The notes under the pieces are model-generated. The model saw nothing but the letters and a program-made list of their open reading frames with translations. It ran no database searches and had not been told where the DNA came from. From NCBI GenBank assembly GCA_040954595.2, contig CM082578.2:12896520-12960519 (forward strand): 64,000 bases of DNA, read 5' to 3'. The position numbers and the translations under genes were made by a program. Positions 56,894 to 64,000 of this stretch are shown here, piece by piece. How positions within the stretch are numbered: the stretch's first letter is position 1; each line of letters starts with the position of its first letter. Origin of the DNA: Balanoglossus misakiensis. Its lineage: Eukaryota; Animalia; Hemichordata.

Positions 56894-57745
56894 ACTCGTA
56901 GGCTAATCACGTTCAGATGATGAAGATCTGCAAGTAAAGAGTGGCATTAATAAATCAACTGTACAACTGTACTGAATGCTTTTTGGCAGATGTTAATTAT
57001 GTAAAGCCAAACTCAGATCTACCATCAGACATCAACAGAAAGTCAAGTTTCTTGCAAAGAATTTCTTAAAAATAGATGTGTTCACTGTCAATGTCATCAT
57101 CAATGACATATCTCAACAATGGCCAACATTGGAGTTTTATGTATGAGACTGGCCAGAAATAATGGTGTGTAATTACTCAGCATGGCTGAAACCAAACATC
57201 CACTGTATACAAAGTTGGTGCAGGCACCATGTTGCAGGCAAAATCAGTACCATCTGGAAAATGACATTTTGATGACCTTGAAGAGGTAATTAAGATCAAG
57301 GTCTACCACAGGTGCAGACCCTATCTTTTATAAGACACCTTCCGGGCTTCGTACATGATCAGTGAGGGTCAGATTGGAAGGGGTGCAGACCAAACCATAT
57401 GTCACAGTTTAAAACGCTGATTTCGCAACGTGTCGATATCATCATTTTCAGTTTGACATGAAGTACAAACCGCAACGCTCAGCTGACTTCCCACGCTGCA
57501 GTGTGGTTTTGACATTTGCTGGCACGCGAGTCTTCGTCGAATCGGTGATCAGTAACAACACATGTTGTATAAAACTATACTTTTCTCAGTTTCTTAGTGA
57601 TCGTACACCAACAACAGTCTCGCCGACTGTGTGTGGAAGCTAAAACTACATTCGGTTCAATGCTTTCTCGACCATCACGCGGCGCAACGTTCTCACGTGC
57701 GGCTTCTATCGAAGTTCAGTAATCTCTCCGCGCATCATTACTTAC

Positions 57746-57810
57746 CGGAATGTAACAAAATCGATCCTTTCTCTGCTGTAATCAAGCTCTATTTCATGAT
57801 GCGATAGTTC
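57746..57810 (-). other. MOV10: Probable non-coding first exon of MOV10 (5' boundary approximate)
   Basis: Strong donor CCG|gtaagt at 57746/57745; matching acceptor cttgcag at 56929-56928, 34 nt upstream of the ATG; lies just downstream of a CpG-rich promoter-motif cluster. Confidence 0.55.
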
Positions 57811-57828
57811 TGTCAACTGACCTTACGA

Positions 57829-57876
57829 CGCTTTCGTTTTGATGGGTATAGTAGGAGGAAACTTCCTGGAATTACC
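57829..57876 (-). promoter_or_regulatory. MOV10 proximal promoter motif cluster (IRF-E-like, GAS/STAT, kB-like)
   Basis: AAAACGAAAGCG on the minus strand (57829-57840); GGAAACTTCC (57857-57866); TTCCTGGAA (57863-57871); GGAATTACC (57868-57876). Confidence 0.55.
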
Positions 57877-58731
57877 TGCCGTATTTACATTATGTCATTC
57901 ATTGCAAACAGCTGATGCACAGCTGATCAGCCCTGTAGCGCCACCAACATGCATGCAGCAGCATACTATCGATGCGCGCCCTCTAGCGACATTACATCTG
58001 ATCTAAGATTCCCCAAAAACAAACAAAACAAAAACAAACCACCGAGTCAAATTCGACATTAACAACCCTAGGTTACAATCAATGTCACTGGCGATCGCGT
58101 TTGTACGGTTGACTTTTTTGTGATGTAATGTTTTCAAATTTATTACATGTATGTGACTACTTTTGCGCATGTTTTAATATCTTTTTCGCCATTGTCAACA
58201 CTCTCAAAATACTCTTCTAAATCAAATAAACTACATTGTAATTGTGTTTGATTCCATCCATTGTGTGTCCAGTGCCTATAGGTCAGAGGCATGCAACCCA
58301 CACACACTTTGTATAGCAAAGAATAGAAAAGTTTGAAGGATTACATTTTACACAATTTCAGGGGCAGATTTTCGACAAAGCAGTTTTTTCTGAAAATCTG
58401 TCCGTGAGGTTGCATAACGTAGTAAAGAGTCAATAAATGCTCAGACAAACTTAAACTGATTTACATTTATCACTTTTTAATCTTCTAGGTGAAAATACAA
58501 ACACTATGTTTTAAAAAAGACAAAATGCCAGAAACAGGCGAAAATACATGTTTTCAATAAATCTGAAAAATACAACCAAAACTGTTGCAGTGATAACAGA
58601 AAGGAAAATTTGCCATCATAACATGATTCTTTGACAATGAAAGTCATTTGATAATCATATTGAAACTTGTTTTCAGTGAAGTGAATAAGTCATTTCAAAA
58701 TGAGTATGACTTTAACAATAACTTAGAATTT

Positions 58732-61330
58732 TCAAGAAGTTGTATTCAGTTCCATGGAACTGTCTAATATAGAGCTATCCATTGTGCTGTTATCCAGGTC
58801 TTCTTTCTCATCCTCTGCAAAAGACAAAAAAAGGAGCGGAGGTGAGTGATACATCATTTTAACAAGAATAAAGGGGGGAGGGTGCTCTAGTAGAAATCAG
58901 ACAGGTGGTGTGCGTCACTTCCGTACTGGAATTTCTACCCACTGAACCTCAGATGGGCCAAGATATAATCTGAACCTGGCAGTTCCAGGACAGTTACACC
59001 CATTGGACATTGACCCATACGTTGACCATGATGGAGAAATGTCCATGGGATCAACCGTCCCGATATCACTCTAGACTCTGAGCTTGGAAATTACATGAAA
59101 ATGCTTTCAAAGCTTCATGCCCTTTTTTGCACCCTGACTTCCTCAATGTCATTCACAATCTTGTTTCCTGTATATGCACTCATCCAAGATAACTACCAGT
59201 ACATGTATTAAACTTGTTTGTGAGGTGTGTTTTTTTACATGGATGATGCTAAAACCCACCTTCAAGTATTCTCTGTAATTCATGTATCGAAGTTATTAAA
59301 ACGTGGAATTGTTTTCTTCTCATTTCAAGCTGAAATGAAACAAAAAAAAAACATTTGTTAGTAGATCGATCACTAACCATCTGGTAAAACCATTGTCAAA
59401 TCATACAAATTCAATGTTGTTTGCCAACAACAAACAGAAAGTGGAAGGAAATCTCAACTCACCTTGTTTGCAAGGGCTTCTTTTTGTTCGGTTAGAGAAT
59501 TCAATTCTCTGTCTAATTCTTCGAGTTTTCTGTGAGACAAGAAACACACTGGTCAGTTCTTTCAAAAGACAACATGCTAGTTACAGTAACTCACTTCAAC
59601 GTTATTTCCCCTACACAAACAATACCTGTGATTCTATTCATTTCTCAAAACAGCACCATTGGCATGGCTAACATGGACTAGGGCTTTGTGGAAAGTCAAA
59701 ATGTTAAAATAGCAAAAACTTTGTGAACAGAGCCGCTTCACTTACTTAAGTGTATCTTGTCTGTCAGGATGTTTCTGTATAACTTTGGCCAATGCATCGT
59801 ATTCTTGTCTGTTTTTCCTGATTCTCTTCGCTTCTTGGAGTTCAGATTTACTGCTGGCTATCTTTTCATGGGCATCACTGATGGACTTCTCTGTAAACAT
59901 TAGAACATCATTACGCATAAGCATTAAAGAAACACAACCTGGTATGAGAAATTACTCTCACAAGGACAACACAGAGAAAAACAATCTTTGATGTAGCGCC
60001 TAACACTTAGTCAACAAAAGTTGTTGTTTTTTTCAATCCAGCATAAGAGCGACACCGGTATTTAGAACTTACCTATGTCTTTGTAAATTTGTTCATACTT
60101 AGTCATTTCTCTTTGGTTCATATCATAGACCATCTGTGTCTTGGCCATGGAGAATTCGCACTGTGAGATTGTTGACAGCATACGCTGATATGAAGCAGTG
60201 CTACACAAACAAACAAACAAACAACAACATTATATGCTATATCAATCAATTATAGAGTGGAGATGGGACATTTCCAGTGTAAATGACAACAAAAGTACAC
60301 TGTATTGTCATGGTCCCTCCTACCACGAATGGTACACTCCAAGTTGCAGTTGCTGCAGTGATTGTAGTACTGCTACGTTGATAGCGTGCTGGCAGCCCTA
60401 GGGTAGGTAGGGCTGCAGACACACCAGTCAACCTAGCAGACACCTGCTACAATCATTGCAGGTGGGGTTTGAACATCCTACCACAAACTTACCATTCCTC
60501 TTCATTGCCACTTGACTGGCACCATTTGGTGAAACTCTTTAACAAGTTGCTTATTCTCCTGTCATCACCACCACCAACATCGCCGTCAATCAATAGCCGC
60601 TTTCGGATAATTTCATCTTGTGTGGGAAGACAGAAAACGAAAACGTGATTTTTTTTCGACAACATACGTTACCCTCGAGAGGGCGCAGCTACCCTGCTGA
60701 GATGGAAGTCAATATCAACATCATGGTCAACGAACATTTGCAGTTATGTAGTTTTGTGGGATCTGGTTCTCTTAGTGGACACGACTATACTCCACGGGCG
60801 ATAATATGGTTTTTTAGGGTTAGGGTTAGGAGGGTTAGGGTTAGGGTTAAATTCACCCTCACATTGCCACCCCTAACCCTCCTAACCCTAACCCTAACTC
60901 ACCCTCATTGCCATGGTATCGTTGCCATGGGGTATAGTCGTGTCCACTAAGAGAACCAGATCCGTTTTGTGGGCAAGTGAAACGAAAATCAGGCAATTTA
61001 TGCATAAATACAGTTAAATTACCCGTTGCCCCAAGGCCTAACCCATTCAGTAACTTTGAAGGGATGCCATACCATTCAGTGATAAACAAGATCTGCCACA
61101 TGCAATATTTGCAGTTCACTTCCAGGCCAAACAAGCAGATGGATCCAAGCATTGAAGCGAGCGAGGTGGCATTTACAACGGAAGAGATGATTTTAGAACG
61201 GTTAAAAACGTAGAAAGCATTTCCAACAGGAATCTGTACACCAAATTTACAGCAGGGCCGTGGTATTCGCAAAAACGTTAATCGTAGTCGTAGTCATGCT
61301 GAACTTACCATCAGTGATGGAGGCAGCCAT
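58732..61330 (-). CDS. THOC7: THO complex subunit 7, 212 aa
   Basis: Exons 61330-61309, 60616-60493, 60200-60073, 59890-59746, 59529-59463, 59329-59260, 58814-58732. MAASITDDEIIRKRLLIDGDVGGGDDRRISNLLKSFTKWC; ELQEAKRIRKNRQEYDALAKVIQKHPDRQDT; LEMRRKQFHVLITSIHELQ. Confidence 0.97.
60759..60963. mobile_element. Non-autonomous DNA transposon (MITE) with 32-bp perfect TIRs, 8-bp TSD and internal telomeric repeats
   Basis: GGATCTGGTTCTCTTAGTGGACACGACTATAC (60759-60790) is the exact reverse complement of 60932-60963; flanked by direct repeat GTTTTGTG (60751-60758 and 60964-60971); internal (TTAGGG)n and (CCCTAA)n. Confidence 0.92.
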
Positions 61331-61367
61331 TTTGTACAGTGATCTCTATATCCCAGAATGCCTCGCG
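61323..61367 (-). promoter_or_regulatory. THOC7 promoter: YY1 motif over the ATG and ZNF143/Staf site
   Basis: CAAAATGGCTGC (minus strand) at the start codon; TCCCAGAATGCCTCGCG at 61351-61367 fits the Staf/ZNF143 consensus. Confidence 0.6.
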
Positions 61368-64000
61368 GTAAACACACAAGTGCATCGACTCAACGCATTT
61401 CATCACTATTACAAATGATCTAAATCACCAGAATACAATAGCCAAACAAATAGCTGCGAAAGTATCAGGTGAGTATTTTGTTCAGGTGGTTTATTGTCAT
61501 AATGATCCGTAAGACACCCATCCACCCATAGCTTCCAGTTTTATAAACAGCCCTTGGTGGTTTGCACTGCCAGTGCCACTGTAAATAATATTGCTCACGA
61601 CACCTCAAACGTAAACCCCAGTGTTGGCACGTACGTACGCTCTTAAAATTCATTCATTGTTTATTGGGAAACAAAAGGTTGCATGTGCATTGCATATGCC
61701 CCTTTAAAGCTATGGTGTGCCACCCACGGAAAATATGTGATTGGCTGTATTTTGATTTCCATGGCAACAGTGGTTAAGAGGGATATATGCATATTGCTGT
61801 TTTAGGAATTTAGTGAGGTCTGTGTGTATATTATGACATCCCGCTATTTTGTTACATTTTGACATTTTTTGTCTGTACCTTGATATTTTCAGTACAAATG
61901 ACTGTAGATATAAGAATCACACTGAGCAATTTTCCCAAAATTATTTTCTGATATAAAGTAAAAAGTTTCTCAGCCTGGATTTTTTTGCTGACTTTTTTCA
62001 ATCAAGTTGTGATGTTCATATATTCATTGATAACTCCGGATGCTTAAAATATGTATCAAACTGATAACACTCACTGCCCAGCTGGGAAATATTTTATATT
62101 TGTAGATGTGGCATCGGTGTCCTCAAGATAAGCATGAAGTTGATGATTAAGCTATTTCAAGGCCCATCTGAAATTTAATTAGACAACTGTGCACAATACT
62201 AGTACTTAATTTGATAATGATATTCAATTAGTTTTTATCTTGTATTAACTGCACAGAAGTCAGACTCTGAAAGATATTTTACAAATGTAGACAATTTTAT
62301 CTTTCTCTGTCAGTGCCTATTATTTACACCCCCTTGTATAAACCATTTTCTGTTCTCACACATTCCAGCTACTCGACTTTCCCACATTTAAACATTTTGC
62401 CACCTGTTCCTGTCATGTGCCTGTAAACAGCTATGTATCATTTGATTTTAACATTTGCAAAGCCACAGGGTAAAGAGAAATATACCATAAATATCCAAGG
62501 TATACCCATATAAGTTTGGTTGGATTTTATTGACCGATGACATAACTTCAAAGCATCATCAGTTTGCTTGAAGAGCAAATTATATGGTAGCTGATCTAGA
62601 TTTTGTGATATTTATGTTAGATGACAAGTTGATAAAAATGACAAAATAAGTACAGACAAGTTAATTGATCACCAAGACATATGAAAAATAAACTTATAAA
62701 TTAACTTCAAAGTCATGCTTGATGCTTTAAATACTAAAAATAAACCAATTCACATTACCCCAGGACAAAATTACTTTTTATTTTTAGTTCATTCATATGA
62801 TAATTTGCTTTCTTTTCAAAAGTCAGAATTATTTTTGTTCCATTGTTGTGTATAGCCAAATTTTCTATACACACAGTAATTGAATAAACTTTTGATATGA
62901 TTTATACTACATGTGTGAAGGTTGCTGCATAAATGCACAGCATTTTAACTGAACGTGTGGTCTTTCACTGTGGTATGTGCATTAATTTTGATATGGTGAG
63001 ATATTTTCTTTAATGATATACAAGGTGCTAACAATAGCTGATACAGACTGGCAAGATCCAACTGTCTTCAAAAACAACTGTCTTAATTGCAACTCAGAGA
63101 TGTATGCAAATTTTAGCGGTAGGTCTCATTTTACCATGGTGATGATATATCATGAACTCCAAGCCACAAGATATTCTTTGCTCCGCTTCAAACTCAGTCA
63201 TTATCCTGAAAACAGCTTATCTCCCAAGGTTGGAGGTGCATGCATATACTTGTTTTAACATTCGTACCAATAGAAGATTTTGCAAGCAGACATACAGCCA
63301 GCTTAAAACTGATTATATCAACAATATAGACTTCCAATAAATAGCAAGTAGGCAAACAAGTTGTGACCCCCACTGATTATTAGGATGATTTCACTCTTTG
63401 TTGCAGAAGACATCCTGACACAATGGGTAACTTACAAATAAAGCTGCTCAGCACAAGTCTTATCATTGTAGCATTAATAACTTCTTCACCATGACCATTC
63501 CATTGAATGGGTTTGGGGGGGGGGGGGGAGGCTCCTCCTCTTGGAAACATCCTATGTCCAACAATTTTCCATTCCTCAAGAGGGTGGCAGTATGGGAATT
63601 CATATCCTATGTATTTTCACATAGAGTCAGATAATCAGGAGTTTGCTTACAACATGATTGTAAGATATTTCCACTGCAGTGTTTTTGATGTGAGCTTCCT
63701 CAATTCTTCATAATGGAATGTTGAAAAGAAAACAATATTGCACCATCACTAAACTAAAACTTCTGTATGTTAGACTTCACTGAAGCAGAAGACAACAATA
63801 GAGCCATATTTAATGTTGTCGTCCCAAATACTTTGTATGAGGGAAATAAACCACTGCTAAACTATTAAATCATTGGTTTAACTGAAGATGGCTGCAAGAG
63901 ACTCGATGAAACACAACAATCTATTCAAACATGGGGCATCTTTAGCCAGTTAAGATCATTTAGTATTTCTCCAGAAAATGTGAAGGGGACTATGATAAAA

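Noticed and set aside
59478-59490. Apparent frameshift in a THOC7 exon A-run
   Set aside because: Recount gives CAA AAA GAA (EQKEALANK); the frame is intact
60811-60900. Ancient chromosome end-to-end fusion site
   Set aside because: The tracts are short and enclosed by TIRs and a TSD inside an intact gene, so transposon insertion explains them
60618-61272. ORFs of 110 and 137 aa sharing the peptide GSGSLSGHDYTP
   Set aside because: Artefact of translating the two inverted MITE arms

Overview
Eukaryotic, AT-rich, intron-containing animal DNA. The gene content and repeat style suggest a marine invertebrate deuterostome (inference). Most short ORFs in the track are chance ORFs or exon fragments. 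Five spliced genes were rebuilt by hand from splice signals and reading frame. (1) The 3' part of a CaMKI kinase gene (+, six exons, 12375-35568), with N-lobe exons outside the window and an 18.2-kb last intron that cuts the calmodulin-binding helix. (2) NDUFB11 (-, 4 exons, 162 aa), head-to-head with (3) ATRIP (+, 13 exons, about 1033 aa, one probable GC-AG intron). ATRIP is tail-to-tail with (4) MOV10 (-, 18 coding exons, about 1037 aa, N-terminal U1/matrin-type zinc finger), followed by (5) THOC7 (-, 7 exons, 212 aa). Notable non-genic signals: a 205-bp MITE with an 8-bp TSD and mirrored telomeric repeats in THOC7 intron 1; an IRF/STAT/NF-kB motif cluster at the MOV10 promoter; a candidate intronic-polyadenylation CaMKI isoform ending in a PDZ ligand; an RFX X-box cluster; a strand-specific double hairpin in THOC7 intron 6; a TTAA-type mini-MITE family; and probable overlap of the ATRIP and MOV10 3' UTRs. 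I see no wholly new multi-gene system; the findings are hypotheses read from sequence alone.
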